Source: Candidatus Heimdallarchaeota archaeon (GTDB lineage: Archaea > Asgardarchaeota > Heimdallarchaeia > Heimdallarchaeales > Heimdallarchaeaceae). From it: a stretch of 64,000 nt of DNA. This document shows, one piece after another, positions 10,009-20,483 of the stretch. The notes under the pieces were generated by a model. The model was not told the DNA's origin. It worked only from the letters and a program-made list of their open reading frames with translations, and did no database searches. The stretch lies in NCBI GenBank assembly GCA_018238545.1, contig JABCTC010000001.1, forward strand, positions 88,977-152,976, read 5' to 3'. The translations under genes were made by a program, and so were the position numbers. Each line of letters opens with the position of its first letter. Positions within the stretch are counted from its first letter, which is position 1.

Positions 10009-11049
10009 TCAAGCTCTAGATGATGGAAAAAACAATTTATTTTTCACACTTAAAGCTACCAAATGACCAATCATAGATATACCTACACCACATAAAATAT
10101 CTATAATAAAATGATGATTGAAATAGATTGCTCCTAGGAATATGGCCATACTGTAGGGAATAGTTAAATATATTGATTTTTTCCATTTTTGATGAATACA
10201 CAAGGTTGCTGATAGTGCGTAAACAGCATGAACACTAGGGAATGCTGCAAAAGAGTTCTGTTCAAATGTTCCATAATACCACGAAAAAATATTCACTCCC
10301 AAAATTTCATCAATTCTTCCTAAACCAGCTGTTATGTTTTGACTATAATCTATTGCAATATCGGGTTGAACAAAACCATATTGACTGATATACCAAGGAG
10401 CTGCAGCGGGAAAGCTCACAAAGAGAATAAAGGATAGTAATGTTACAGTATAGAATGTAATTACGAGAAATTTGAAGTTTTTCTCGTCTCCTTTAAAATA
10501 CAAGTATAATCCAAAAACCAAGGGAACAAAGGCATGTAATAGATAAATTCCACCTAAAATAAGATCAATAGGAATAGAATATAAAGTTGAATGAACCCAT
10601 TGATTAGGGGTCATTCCCCCAAAAATCCATCCAAATAATTTCATCTCTAAGAGATAGATTTCTTCTGTAAGAACACGTGGATACAGCAAATTTTCTTTTA
10701 TTTTTGACATTAACTCATAAGTAATCCAAAGTATGAAAAAAGGCAAACTATTAATTAATAATGTAATAGGGGTTTTGGAGGTTTTAAATTTCATCAAATA
10801 TAGAATAGCAGAAATAACAGCAAAAAAGAAAAAAACAACCCCCGATAATAATGAAATGAATACAAATCCTTCTCCATTTAATATAATTAAAATAGTATCA
10901 AAAAAAAGATAAGCTATAGCAAAATAAATATGATACTGTCCGCTTTTAAAATCTCGCAATATTTTCTCTGATAACAATGTTTGTGTAAGTGTTATTTCTT
11001 CCTCTATTGGTTTAGTTTCTCTACGTATTTTTGATGCCAATTCTATCAC
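10009..11049 (-). CDS. PAP2-superfamily, Aur1/inositol-phosphorylceramide-synthase-like membrane phosphotransferase (copy 1)
   Basis: PAAAPWY, FAAFPSVHA and HHFIIDILCG motifs; several TM helices. Confidence 0.8.
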   Translation of the reverse strand: MIELASKIRRETKPIEEEITLTQTLLSEKILRDFKSGQYHIYFAIAYLFFDTILIILNGEGFVFISLLSGVVFFFFAVISAILYLMKFKTSKTPITLLINSLPFFILWITYELMSKIKENLLYPRVLTEEIYLLEMKLFGWIFGGMTPNQWVHSTLYSIPIDLILGGIYLLHAFVPLVFGLYLYFKGDEKNFKFLVITFYTVTLLSFILFVSFPAAAPWYISQYGFVQPDIAIDYSQNITAGLGRIDEILGVNIFSWYYGTFEQNSFAAFPSVHAVYALSATLCIHQKWKKSIYLTIPYSMAIFLGAIYFNHHFIIDILCGVGISMIGHLVALSVKNKLFFPSSRA

Positions 11050-11108
11050 CTTTTAATATTACTTTACTTATAAAAAAATAAAAAAAATAAAAAATAATCA
11101 GTACTTCT

Positions 11109-11210
11109 CTAATATTCTTCTTCTTTTACTGATCTTTTGGTTATTCGTTTAACGCTTGTTTTTAAAGATTCTATAACTTGCTTTGTTTTTGCTTTTAATC
11201 TGTCTAACAT
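11109..11210 (-). CDS. Putative 33-aa basic peptide MLDRLKAKTKQVIESLKTSVKRITKRSVKEEEY
   Basis: ATG overlaps the radical SAM stop (TAATG), GGAGGA upstream; first 17 codons identical in a second copy. Confidence 0.55.
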   Translation of the reverse strand: MLDRLKAKTKQVIESLKTSVKRITKRSVKEEEY

Positions 11211-12667
11211 TAGTATTCCTCCTTTTTAATCGATTTATAATTAGTTTCTTCATCATCAATACGTTCCTCAGCACCATCCCACTCAACGTCCCAGTACCGG
11301 GGGGGTTTTAAATCAACAAATTTTGATAATTTATTAGATTCACGTCTAATTCTATCAGCTACTGGTGCCCACTCTTTGGCTGCTTGTTGACATTTATCTG
11401 TAAGATCATCAACTGATTCTTCATCAATCATCTGAGTAGATTTAGCCTTTGATTTATGCACCATCACTTTCAGTTTATCAGGATTATCAAGAAGAGGACA
11501 TGGACGTAAGTAGTTATTATTGAATGGTTGTCTACGATTATATTGTCTAAATAATGGAGATTTCAAAGATTCCAACAAACTTACATCTTTGATATTAACA
11601 TTAGAATAGTGTATAAAGGCACATGGTTCCACATCTCCATTTGCGTTGATGTGTAGGTAGCTTCTTCCTCCTGCTATACACCCTCTTGCATAATCTCCAT
11701 CGTTCCAAAAATCAATTAAGAAAATAGATTTTGTCTCTCTAAATTTCCTAACTTGATGAAACATAAATTCTCTCTGTTCTGGAGTACTCATTAATTCTGG
11801 CAAAGCATCTTTTCCAAGTGGCATATATGTAAATAACCATCCATAACTTGCACCCATCTCAATCATGTAGTCAATAAATTCTTCTGAACCTACAACATCC
11901 GTATTCTTATTGTGATAACAAGTAGAAATACCAAACAAAACACGATGCTCCTTAAGAATCTTCATGGCTCTTATTACCTTTTGATAAGTCCCCTCGCCTC
12001 GACGAAAATCAGTTTCTTCTTCAAAACCTTCCACACTTATCGCCAGAGTAAGATTTCCAACTTCAGCTAATGCAATAGCAAATTCTTCATCTACCAAAGT
12101 TCCATTTGTGAAAGCCAAAAAGACGCAATCTTGATGTTTTTTTGCTAACTTTAGAAGATCGTTCTTTCTAATAGTTGGTTCTCCACCTGAATATAGATAC
12201 CAATAGATTCCCAAATCTTTCCCTTCCATTATAATTCTATCCATTAACCTATAACTTAAGTTATCTGTTTTATCGTATTCTGCGGCCCAACAACCTTTAC
12301 AGGTTAAATTGCACGCAGATGTAGGATCCATAAGAATGGCTATAGGGACATTACACTGGTTTTCTCTCATTACTTCACGAGTTCTTTCAATTCCAACAAG
12401 TGCTGCATTCACTCCAAGATTCCGTATGAGGAGCTTCATAGTATTTGGATTTATATTTTCAAACGACTCTAGAAGAAGCTTATACATAGGATTGCTTTCA
12501 TCACGAAAAGCTTTGAGATGTTTCTTTTGATTTGGATCCGATGAAAATCGTTCAACACTTTTGATAAGTCTTGGAATATTTCTTTTTGGGTTTTTTATCG
12601 CAAATCTAGTTGCTATATTTAATGCCAATCTGTTAATTATTAAATTTTTACTCTTCATGCGTATCAT
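11210..12667 (-). CDS. Radical SAM protein with SPASM/Twitch-type C-terminal domain (copy 1)
   Basis: DPTSACNLTCKGCWA (CxxxCxxC), SGGEP, CIAGGRSYLHINANGDVEPC...CP. Confidence 0.9.
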   Translation of the reverse strand: MIRMKSKNLIINRLALNIATRFAIKNPKRNIPRLIKSVERFSSDPNQKKHLKAFRDESNPMYKLLLESFENINPNTMKLLIRNLGVNAALVGIERTREVMRENQCNVPIAILMDPTSACNLTCKGCWAAEYDKTDNLSYRLMDRIIMEGKDLGIYWYLYSGGEPTIRKNDLLKLAKKHQDCVFLAFTNGTLVDEEFAIALAEVGNLTLAISVEGFEEETDFRRGEGTYQKVIRAMKILKEHRVLFGISTCYHNKNTDVVGSEEFIDYMIEMGASYGWLFTYMPLGKDALPELMSTPEQREFMFHQVRKFRETKSIFLIDFWNDGDYARGCIAGGRSYLHINANGDVEPCAFIHYSNVNIKDVSLLESLKSPLFRQYNRRQPFNNNYLRPCPLLDNPDKLKVMVHKSKAKSTQMIDEESVDDLTDKCQQAAKEWAPVADRIRRESNKLSKFVDLKPPRYWDVEWDGAEERIDDEETNYKSIKKEEY

Positions 12668-12680
12668 CTTTATGTTCGTT

Positions 12681-12745
12681 AAACAAACATTTCAAACGAG
12701 TATTTAAATCTATCGTTTCAAACACTTGTTTCAAACATTTGTATT
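12681..12745. promoter_or_regulatory. Tandem AAACA-N2-TGTTT-type operator array upstream of radical SAM copy 1
   Basis: Repeated tttcaaac units and the inverted repeat aaacacttgttt at 12720-12731; same motif at 20233-20324. Confidence 0.65.
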
Positions 12746-13045
12746 ATGTGTGTCTTGAAATAATTACTTTATACAAAAAACTATAAATTCAATTGAATTA
12801 AAAATTGGGTTAAACATAAGACTTTAAAAAAACTATATATCACAATATTAAAAAGCACGTTTGGACATATTTCAACGTACTTCAGTAAGATCCAAAAATC
12901 TTCAACAGCTCAAAATCATAAAAATTGGAGAACAGATTTTGAAATAAACAGTCTCTAATTTCTAGTTTTGCGATTTTCAAAGAACTGAATAATAACAAAA
13001 GAGAAAAAAATTGATTAAAAAAAGAAATAAGACTAACACATCAGT

Positions 13046-16000
13046 TTAGTCTTTTTTATTCTTGTCCTTTGTATAGTTTCTCTTAACTGTTTCCTTTGAT
13101 ATTCTCCAATATGGCCACCAATTCAGTTTCTTAAGCACCATCATAAGAGCAGGTACAAGAAACAGTCGAACTATTGTAGCATCCAAAAGAACTGCGAACC
13201 CTATAGCAAAACCTATGATTTTTAATGGCCATAACTCTGACAACATCAATGAGAAGAATGATGCTGACATAATAAATCCAGCGCTTAGAATCATTTTTGA
13301 AGTACTTTTTACAGCTTTAAATGTTGCTTCCTTGTCAGTAGCACCTTTCTCTATCTCTTCTTTGATTCGAGAAACAAGAAGAATATCAAAATCCATTCCA
13401 AGACCAAACATTGTTACAAACAGCAGTACAGGTAGAAACCAGATTATTGGCTGACCTAAACCATAATGGAAAACTAGGTTCGTTGCACCTAGACTGACTA
13501 AAACCGATAATAGTATAGTCAGTTCTAATCTAATAGGTGTGAAAAATGAACCAAGTAGAAAGAATAACACGAGGAAAATACCTACAACTGTAAATATAAT
13601 TATTATTGGTGTGTCTTCTACCATCATAGTGTTCAGTTCTGAATAAAGTGCAGTCATCCCAGTAATGTAAATTACTGAATCCTGTAAGGCTAGTTCTGCT
13701 GTAACTGCTGTACCCAGATTTGTGATCAGGTCATGTGCTACATCTAAAGCTTCTTTTCCAAATGGGTCAAGTTCCAGATATATCATCAACATTATTGTGG
13801 TATTATCATCCGAAATGTATCGATGCATTTGTTCTAAGTGAATAGTATCTGTCATCTCTGGTGGAATATATTCGCCATTAGGACGCGTTACCGTATGAAC
13901 GCTAGAAACATTGTCAAAGTTCGTTATAATATGAGATATAATGCTTTCTAGAGCAATTAATTTTGCTTCTTCAGGGAGACCTGTTGATTCATTAAGAGAT
14001 AAGGATTCATTCCATATCAAGAGTACTTGAATTGGTTGCAATTCACTTACAACAAATTCATTAGCTAATATGTTTGATCCAGTTATACTATCCATTGAAC
14101 TAGGAAGTGTTGCAGTTATATCATAGCTTTGCTCACCAGTCACACCAAAATACACAAATGGGCTGGAAACTAGTAAGAAAATGGCAATAACAACTAGAGG
14201 ATACTTCAGAGTAAAGTTTGTCATTCGTTCTAATAGGGGATTACTTTTCTCTGGTTTACTTTCATCGACCTCTTTTTTCTCCTTCTTCTCCTTCTTCTCT
14301 TTCTTACCATTTCTCCCCATTCTTGGCCAATAAATCTTGTCTCCAAGCAAATGTAAAATAACAGGAATCAAAGTTAGTGCTATAAGTAAAGAAATAGCTA
14401 TACCCAATAGTGGACCTAATCCCATTAATCTCAGCAAGGAAAACTTAGAGAATAATAAAGCTCCGAAACCAATCATAACTGTTATACCAGATGTAATTAC
14501 TGATTCGCCAATTTTCTTTGTTGTTTCTACAATTGATTTTTCTTTTGTATCACCTTTTCTTCGTTGTTCTTTATAACGAAAAATCATGAAAATGCAATAA
14601 TCTACACCTGCTCCCATCATTACTATAGACGTAATGATTACGGTATACGAAGACATCATAATAACGTTAGACATTAACATGAACAATGCATTAACAATCA
14701 TTAAACCCATACTAATTGCTATTAAAGGAAAGAAAGGTGTAAATGGTGACAAGAACACAATAACTAGCACTCCTAAAACGAAAAGTATAGACGTTATATC
14801 AGTATTTTCAAAATCAGAAGCCATTACATATTCTAAATCATACAATAATGCAAGCGTCCCAGTCAGATGTATGTCGATAGTTACATCTGTATCACTTTTT
14901 ATTTCAGCTATTTTTGCTCTAATATCTGGTGTGTAGATCCCCAAATCTATTGATTCATCCACGTCTGACAGAAATATAGCAATAACCATAGTTGAATTAT
15001 CTGAACTTATTAAACTGTAGTAAATATCTGCAGGTAAATCAGTTACTATGGTAGGATAAGGCATGATCTGAGCTATTTTCTGATCAACGAGAAGTGAAAA
15101 TTGCTGTATCATCATTGTAGTAACAATATCTAGCATAAATAATGGTGTTTCATAAAGCGAAGTTACCATTCCTTCTACATCAAAATCTTTGAAGAACATC
15201 TCTGGATCAAAATCAAAACCACTTATTGTGAAATTTTCTAGCAACGTTGAAAATGAAGCATTTACAGCTTGAGTTATTGAACTGATTAATGTCTGTTTAT
15301 AAATAATGCTTGTTTCATAATTTTCTTCTCTTAACATATATGCCATTTGAAGAAGTAATTGCTCTTCAGAACCTGGAGGTAGCAAATCAACTAATAGCTG
15401 TCCTGATTGAGTTTTCATACTTGGTTTTAAGGTAGAAAGATTACCTATCACGTTTAGTTGTGAAAGCATTCCTTGTTGAAAATCAGTCAAAATCGGATCA
15501 GAAGTTGCATAATAATCATCAAAGAAAGCATTTTGTGGAATGAAACTTGATAACCGGATGGTATCAAACGTCGCATTCAAAAGCAAGAGATAATTATAAC
15601 TTAGCGAGTTTAAGTAAGGAATTCCGTATTCTGATTCATTATACATTGCTGACATTGAAGCATTCACAACTTGAAATGCTAAAACTGAAGTCATGTTATC
15701 TGCCAAATATGGATCTGCTAGCATCGCTGGAATAACCGGAGCTAATGGAAGAGTTGACATAAGATACATATCTAAAGTAGTATTATCAAACATAGTCCAA
15801 TTATTCATAAGTACATATTCAGTTGAATTGAAAAAACCGTTTGAATATGCATTTGTTTGATTATTTGTATAATAAATGAATTTAGAGAAATCAGACCAAG
15901 CAAATAAGTAGTAAAGAGGAACTTGTTCTAATAAATCTATCAATCCTTTTGTTGTTTCATTTGCTAAGCTGATATAATCATACATCAAAGGAATTTGTTC

Positions 16001-16453
16001 AGTAAATGTAACATTTAGAAAAGTCTGTACCTCATCTAAAGTAACATTGTAAAATGTCTGTAAATCCTCTAGTACCGAATAAATTGATAGAATTGAATCA
16101 ATATAAGGATAGGCTGATTCATCTTCAAAAGTGCTTTCTAAACTCTTCACAAAATTCGTAAAGTTCTGTGATGTTAAGTCTGATTCTTCTAACCCATCAA
16201 TCACTGCTACAAAGCTACTGCTAAATTCAGGAAATTTATCCGCTAAGATATCCAATCCTACACCTGCTGGTGTTTCACCAAGAAACGCTGTTTCGTCAGT
16301 TTCAAGTTTATCACCTATATTTATAGCCCAAGGTGCTGCTACTGATGCAAGTACTATCCAAGTAATTAGGATAAACCATCGATATTTTTCTGTAATTTCC
16401 GCGATTTTTGCGAATACAGATTTACCATTCTTTTTGTTGTTGTTATTTTTCAA
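13046..16453 (-). CDS. MMPL/RND-family transporter with large extracytoplasmic domain
   Basis: Two TM bundles with GAGVDYCIF and GLGMDFDILLVSRIKEE; DATIVRLFLVPA. Confidence 0.9.
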   Translation of the reverse strand: MKNNNNKKNGKSVFAKIAEITEKYRWFILITWIVLASVAAPWAINIGDKLETDETAFLGETPAGVGLDILADKFPEFSSSFVAVIDGLEESDLTSQNFTNFVKSLESTFEDESAYPYIDSILSIYSVLEDLQTFYNVTLDEVQTFLNVTFTEQIPLMYDYISLANETTKGLIDLLEQVPLYYLFAWSDFSKFIYYTNNQTNAYSNGFFNSTEYVLMNNWTMFDNTTLDMYLMSTLPLAPVIPAMLADPYLADNMTSVLAFQVVNASMSAMYNESEYGIPYLNSLSYNYLLLLNATFDTIRLSSFIPQNAFFDDYYATSDPILTDFQQGMLSQLNVIGNLSTLKPSMKTQSGQLLVDLLPPGSEEQLLLQMAYMLREENYETSIIYKQTLISSITQAVNASFSTLLENFTISGFDFDPEMFFKDFDVEGMVTSLYETPLFMLDIVTTMMIQQFSLLVDQKIAQIMPYPTIVTDLPADIYYSLISSDNSTMVIAIFLSDVDESIDLGIYTPDIRAKIAEIKSDTDVTIDIHLTGTLALLYDLEYVMASDFENTDITSILFVLGVLVIVFLSPFTPFFPLIAISMGLMIVNALFMLMSNVIMMSSYTVIITSIVMMGAGVDYCIFMIFRYKEQRRKGDTKEKSIVETTKKIGESVITSGITVMIGFGALLFSKFSLLRLMGLGPLLGIAISLLIALTLIPVILHLLGDKIYWPRMGRNGKKEKKEKKEKKEVDESKPEKSNPLLERMTNFTLKYPLVVIAIFLLVSSPFVYFGVTGEQSYDITATLPSSMDSITGSNILANEFVVSELQPIQVLLIWNESLSLNESTGLPEEAKLIALESIISHIITNFDNVSSVHTVTRPNGEYIPPEMTDTIHLEQMHRYISDDNTTIMLMIYLELDPFGKEALDVAHDLITNLGTAVTAELALQDSVIYITGMTALYSELNTMMVEDTPIIIIFTVVGIFLVLFFLLGSFFTPIRLELTILLSVLVSLGATNLVFHYGLGQPIIWFLPVLLFVTMFGLGMDFDILLVSRIKEEIEKGATDKEATFKAVKSTSKMILSAGFIMSASFFSLMLSELWPLKIIGFAIGFAVLLDATIVRLFLVPALMMVLKKLNWWPYWRISKETVKRNYTKDKNKKD

Positions 16454-16462
16454 AATTTCACC

Positions 16463-17326
16463 TCATTTTTCCCCTATGCAAACAAGAATCTCAGCAAAAT
16501 CGCCTACAAAACTCGATTTAGGAAATATATCTTGCATTAATTCTTGAAAATCCTCTCGTCGAAATTGATTTGAATCTATGTTCAAATCCTTTTTTATGGG
16601 ATTCAAATCCCCAATAAATGAAATCATGCTTTGTTCAAGTATACTATAAAAGTATCTTACTTCAACTAACATAATCCGACCCTTCTTCTTAAGCACTCGT
16701 TGATATTCTCTGAGCAGTTTTTGGTAACATTTTGGTTCATGAAAGCCAAGAGAAAAGAAAGAGATTATGAGTGAGAAAAAGTCATCTTTGAGAGGTATTT
16801 CGTCGTATGTAGATTTTATGGTTTCATATCCCTCCAAGCTGCTATAACTGGAAAAAGACATCTGAAGGTTAAATGGTCTAATATCACTCTCAAGAATCTT
16901 TTGGGTGAATAGTTGTTGAAGGCTTGGATTAGATAAGATCATATCCGGTGCTACAATTGCTAGATTTCCCTTATCAAAATTCTTAAAGTTTTCTTCAATA
17001 ATCATCCCGATTTCAATAATGAACCTGTCAACTATTGTTGGAATAAAATAATCAAAAGCTGTTTTCATTGATTCTGTTATAACCATGCGACCTTCGTCTG
17101 TAACATTCACAAAAGCTTTATGACCTGCACCTTCACGTTTTTCAATTGATATCAGCCCTTCTTTTTTTAATCTGTCGAACATTAGATAGAAAGAACTAGA
17201 GGGTTTATCTTTTAAAAAAGGAAAAATATTCTGTAATTCTTTAATTATTGCAGTTTTATACTTTTCCTTCTTCAAATTAACAATCTTAAGTATCTCTAAT
17301 TCTTTCCAATTAAGAGAAGGTTTCAT
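16463..17326 (-). CDS. PadR-like winged-helix regulator fused to a class I SAM-methyltransferase-like domain
   Basis: N-terminal SSFYLMFDRLKKEGLI...VTDEGR; C-terminal IPLKDDFFSLIIS...LREYQRVLKKKGRIMLVE. Confidence 0.7.
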   Translation of the reverse strand: MKPSLNWKELEILKIVNLKKEKYKTAIIKELQNIFPFLKDKPSSSFYLMFDRLKKEGLISIEKREGAGHKAFVNVTDEGRMVITESMKTAFDYFIPTIVDRFIIEIGMIIEENFKNFDKGNLAIVAPDMILSNPSLQQLFTQKILESDIRPFNLQMSFSSYSSLEGYETIKSTYDEIPLKDDFFSLIISFFSLGFHEPKCYQKLLREYQRVLKKKGRIMLVEVRYFYSILEQSMISFIGDLNPIKKDLNIDSNQFRREDFQELMQDIFPKSSFVGDFAEILVCIGEK

Positions 17327-17358
17327 TGAGTAGAAAAGTTTTAGCAGTTATAAAAACA

Positions 17359-17379
17359 TTTCCATATTTCTGGAAATAT
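17359..17379. promoter_or_regulatory. Palindromic operator candidate upstream of the PadR-like/MMPL operon
   Basis: TTTCCA-N6-TGGAAA overlapping ATATTTC-TG-GAAATAT, next to a TATA-like box. Confidence 0.4.
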
Positions 17380-17564
17380 ATTTACGGATGTATGAGTAAT
17401 TTTTTCCATTTTTTAGTTTAAACGATTCGGTTAAATAAGGTGGCCAACTAAAAAATTTAATGATATATAATCAATGTATTTTATCAGAAATTTAACAAAG
17501 TGTATTGTTCAAATGAGAGTCTTGCTATATCTTATCGAAGGATAATCATATTTTATATTAGCAT

Positions 17565-18617
17565 CTATGACTTGAGAAATTTCAGCTTAGGGAATATACT
17601 GATGTTCTTTTTTAAACATAATGCTACAATATAACTAAGCGTTGATATCCTAATACCACACAAAATATCGACAATAAAATGGTGATTGAAATAGATAGCT
17701 CCTAGAAATATGGCTAGACAATAAGGAATCGTTAAATATAGTGATTTTTTCCATTTTTGACGAATACAAAGGGTTGCTGATAATGCGTAAACAGCATGAA
17801 CACTTGGGAATGCTGCAAAAGAGTTTTGTTCAAATGTTCCATAATACCACGAAAAAAGATTCACTCCTGTAATCTCGTCGATTCTTCCTAAACCAGCTGT
17901 TATATCTTGTGTATAATCTACTGCAATATCAGGTTGAGTAAAACCATATTGATCAATATACCAAGGAGCTGCTGAAGGAAAAATCATAAAAAGTATAAAA
18001 GCGAGTAATGTCGCAGTGTAGAAATTTATTGCAAGGAATTTGAGATTTTCCCGATCATTTCTTATATATAAGTATAACCCAAAAACCATTGGAATCAAAG
18101 CATGTAACAAATAAACGCCCCCAAATATAATATCTGTATAAACAGAATTGAAGGTCATATGGAACCAGTGGTTAGGAGTCATCCCGCCAAAAATCCACCC
18201 AAATAGTTTCATCTCTAAGTTATAGAAAACTTCTGTATAAACGCGTGGATAGATTAAGTGCTCTTTTACATTTGCCATTAATTCATAGGTACACCAAATT
18301 ATGAAAAAAGGAAGACTATTAATTAATAAGGTAATAGGGGATTTAGAGTTATTGGGTTTTAACAAATAAATAACAGCAGAAAGAACCACAATTGAAATAA
18401 AAACAATTCCTGATAATAAGGAAAAACCCAAAAATCCGTCCCCATTAATAACTAGTAAAACAATAGCAAAAAGTAGATAAGAAATAGCGAAAAAAATGTG
18501 AAAATACCCCTCTCTAAACTCTTGAATTATCTTCTCTAATAACGATATTTTTACGATAGTTGTTGTCTTGTCTATAGGTTTATTTCTTCCAACTGTTTCA
18601 GGTTCCATTACGACCAC
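17565..18617 (-). CDS. PAP2/Aur1-like membrane phosphotransferase (copy 2)
   Basis: Close paralog of 10009-11049 with the same catalytic H/H/D motifs. Confidence 0.8.
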   Translation of the reverse strand: MVVMEPETVGRNKPIDKTTTIVKISLLEKIIQEFREGYFHIFFAISYLLFAIVLLVINGDGFLGFSLLSGIVFISIVVLSAVIYLLKPNNSKSPITLLINSLPFFIIWCTYELMANVKEHLIYPRVYTEVFYNLEMKLFGWIFGGMTPNHWFHMTFNSVYTDIIFGGVYLLHALIPMVFGLYLYIRNDRENLKFLAINFYTATLLAFILFMIFPSAAPWYIDQYGFTQPDIAVDYTQDITAGLGRIDEITGVNLFSWYYGTFEQNSFAAFPSVHAVYALSATLCIRQKWKKSLYLTIPYCLAIFLGAIYFNHHFIVDILCGIRISTLSYIVALCLKKNISIFPKLKFLKS

Positions 18618-18684
18618 TTCTTAATGTTAATTTAATAAAAAAAAATGAAAGAACTATCAGTAATTCACTAATATCCAGCTTTTG

Positions 18685-18771
18685 CTACTGATTGCTTTTT
18701 TTCTCTCTCTTAATTCTTGATTTTAAAGATTCTATAACTTGCTTTGTTTTTGCTTTTAATCTGTCTAACAT
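18685..18771 (-). CDS. Putative 28-aa basic peptide MLDRLKAKTKQVIESLKSRIKREKKSNQ (copy 2, possibly frameshifted in an A-run)
   Basis: 61-bp block identical to 11160-11220; removing one A gives a ...KKQSVAKAGY* end colinear with copy 1. Confidence 0.5.
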   Translation of the reverse strand: MLDRLKAKTKQVIESLKSRIKREKKSNQ

Positions 18772-18786
18772 TAGTATTCCTAATAT

Positions 18787-20220
18787 TTAATGATCTTTAT
18801 TGGAATCCTCCCAAACTTCCTCAGTACCATCCCAATTTTTATCCCAGTATCGAGGTGGTTTCGAATTTACAAAATTTGATAACTTGTTAGATTCACATCG
18901 AATTCTATCAGCTACTGGTGCCCAATTCTTAGCTACTTTTTGACATTTATCAGTAAGATTATCAACAGATTCTACTTCAATCATATGTGTAGATCGCGCA
19001 TTTGATTCATGCACCATTTCTTTCAATTTATCAGGAATATCAAGAAGTGGACACACGCGTAAATAGTTTTTATTGAATGGTTGATGTTTGTTAAACTGCT
19101 TGAACAATGGCGATTTCAAAGATTCCAATAAGCTTACATCTTTGATATTAACATTTGAATAATGGATAAAGGCACATGGTTCAACATCTCCATTTGCATT
19201 AATATGTAGATAACTTCTTCCGCCAGCAATACACCCTCTCGCATAGTCTCCATCATTCCAAAAATCAATTAAGAAAACAGGTTTTGTTTCTCTAAATTTT
19301 CGAACCTGATTAAACATAAATTCTCTTTGTTCTGGAGTACTCATTAGCTCAGTTTTAGCATCTTTTCCAATTGGTATATATGTAAAAAGCCATCCATAAC
19401 TTGCTCCCATATCAATCATATAATCGATAAATTTTTCTGATCCCATAACGTCCACATTCTTATTATGGTAACAAGAAGAAAATCCAAACATGACACGGTG
19501 TTTCTTAAGCAGTTTCATGGAGTTTATTACCTTTTGATAAGTACCCTTACCTCGACGAAAATCTGTTTCTGCTTCAAAACCTTCCACACTTATTGCTAAA
19601 GTGAAATTTCCAACACTAGCTAAAGCTTCAGCGAATTCTTCATCTACAAGAGTTGCATTTGTAAATGCCAAGAAGAAGCAGTCTTGATGTTTTTTCGCCA
19701 ATTTTAATAGATCATTCTTTCTGATTGTTGGTTCTCCACCTGAATATAGGTACCAATAAATCCCTAGGTCTTTTCCTTCTTGTATGATCCTATCCATTAA
19801 CTCAAAACTTAAATTATCTGTCTTCTCATAATCTGCAGCCCAGCAACCTGTACAGTTCAGATTACAAGAGGATGTTGGATCCATCAGAATAGATAGAGGA
19901 ACATTACACTGGTGTTCTCTCATCGCTTTGCGAGACGTTTCTACTCCAGTCAGAAAAGTATTTACACCTAGATTCCTTACGAATAGTTTCATAGTCTTTG
20001 GATTTATATTTTTAAAGGAATCTATAAGAAACTTATTCATTGGTTTGTCTTCATCCTGAAGAGATTGGAGCGCTTTCTTTTGATTAGGATTTGATGCAAA
20101 TCGTTCAACGACTTTAATCATCTTTGGAATATTTTTCTCTGGATTCCTTATGGCATATCTAGTTGCTAAATTTAAGAGAACACCATTAATTTTGTTTTTT
20201 GCATTTATCATAGCTATCAC
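18787..20220 (-). CDS. Radical SAM protein with SPASM/Twitch domain (copy 2)
   Basis: DPTSSCNLNCTGCWA; close paralog of 11210-12667. Confidence 0.9.
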   Translation of the reverse strand: MIAMINAKNKINGVLLNLATRYAIRNPEKNIPKMIKVVERFASNPNQKKALQSLQDEDKPMNKFLIDSFKNINPKTMKLFVRNLGVNTFLTGVETSRKAMREHQCNVPLSILMDPTSSCNLNCTGCWAADYEKTDNLSFELMDRIIQEGKDLGIYWYLYSGGEPTIRKNDLLKLAKKHQDCFFLAFTNATLVDEEFAEALASVGNFTLAISVEGFEAETDFRRGKGTYQKVINSMKLLKKHRVMFGFSSCYHNKNVDVMGSEKFIDYMIDMGASYGWLFTYIPIGKDAKTELMSTPEQREFMFNQVRKFRETKPVFLIDFWNDGDYARGCIAGGRSYLHINANGDVEPCAFIHYSNVNIKDVSLLESLKSPLFKQFNKHQPFNKNYLRVCPLLDIPDKLKEMVHESNARSTHMIEVESVDNLTDKCQKVAKNWAPVADRIRCESNKLSNFVNSKPPRYWDKNWDGTEEVWEDSNKDH

Positions 20221-20232
20221 GTTTTAAGACAC

Positions 20233-20324
20233 AAACAATTGTTTCAAACAATTATTTAAACATATTGCTTTCAAACAACTGTTTAAATACGGTGTTTCAA
20301 ACATAAGTTTTAAATATCTGTTTG
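20233..20324. promoter_or_regulatory. Array of ~7 AAACA-N2-4-TGTTT-like operators between radical SAM copy 2 and the divergent TetR gene
   Basis: aaacaattgttt (20233-20244), aaacaactgttt (20273-20284) and degenerate units with a 12-15 bp period. Confidence 0.7.
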
Positions 20325-20483
20325 ATTAGACTTATTTGTCGTATTATAATTGTTTTCATTGCAATAATAATAGCCAAAATATCAAATCTGTAGAGAAAAT
20401 ATATAATATTAGAGGTAAATAGTATATTTGAACAAGCTTGAACAAGCTTAAGAATTGATTGGTTCAGAAATAAACTTGAGTAA

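Noticed and set aside
20233-20324. Short periodic repeats as a CRISPR or guide array
   Set aside because: Units of 12-15 bp abut without unique spacers, there are no cas genes, and the position fits operators
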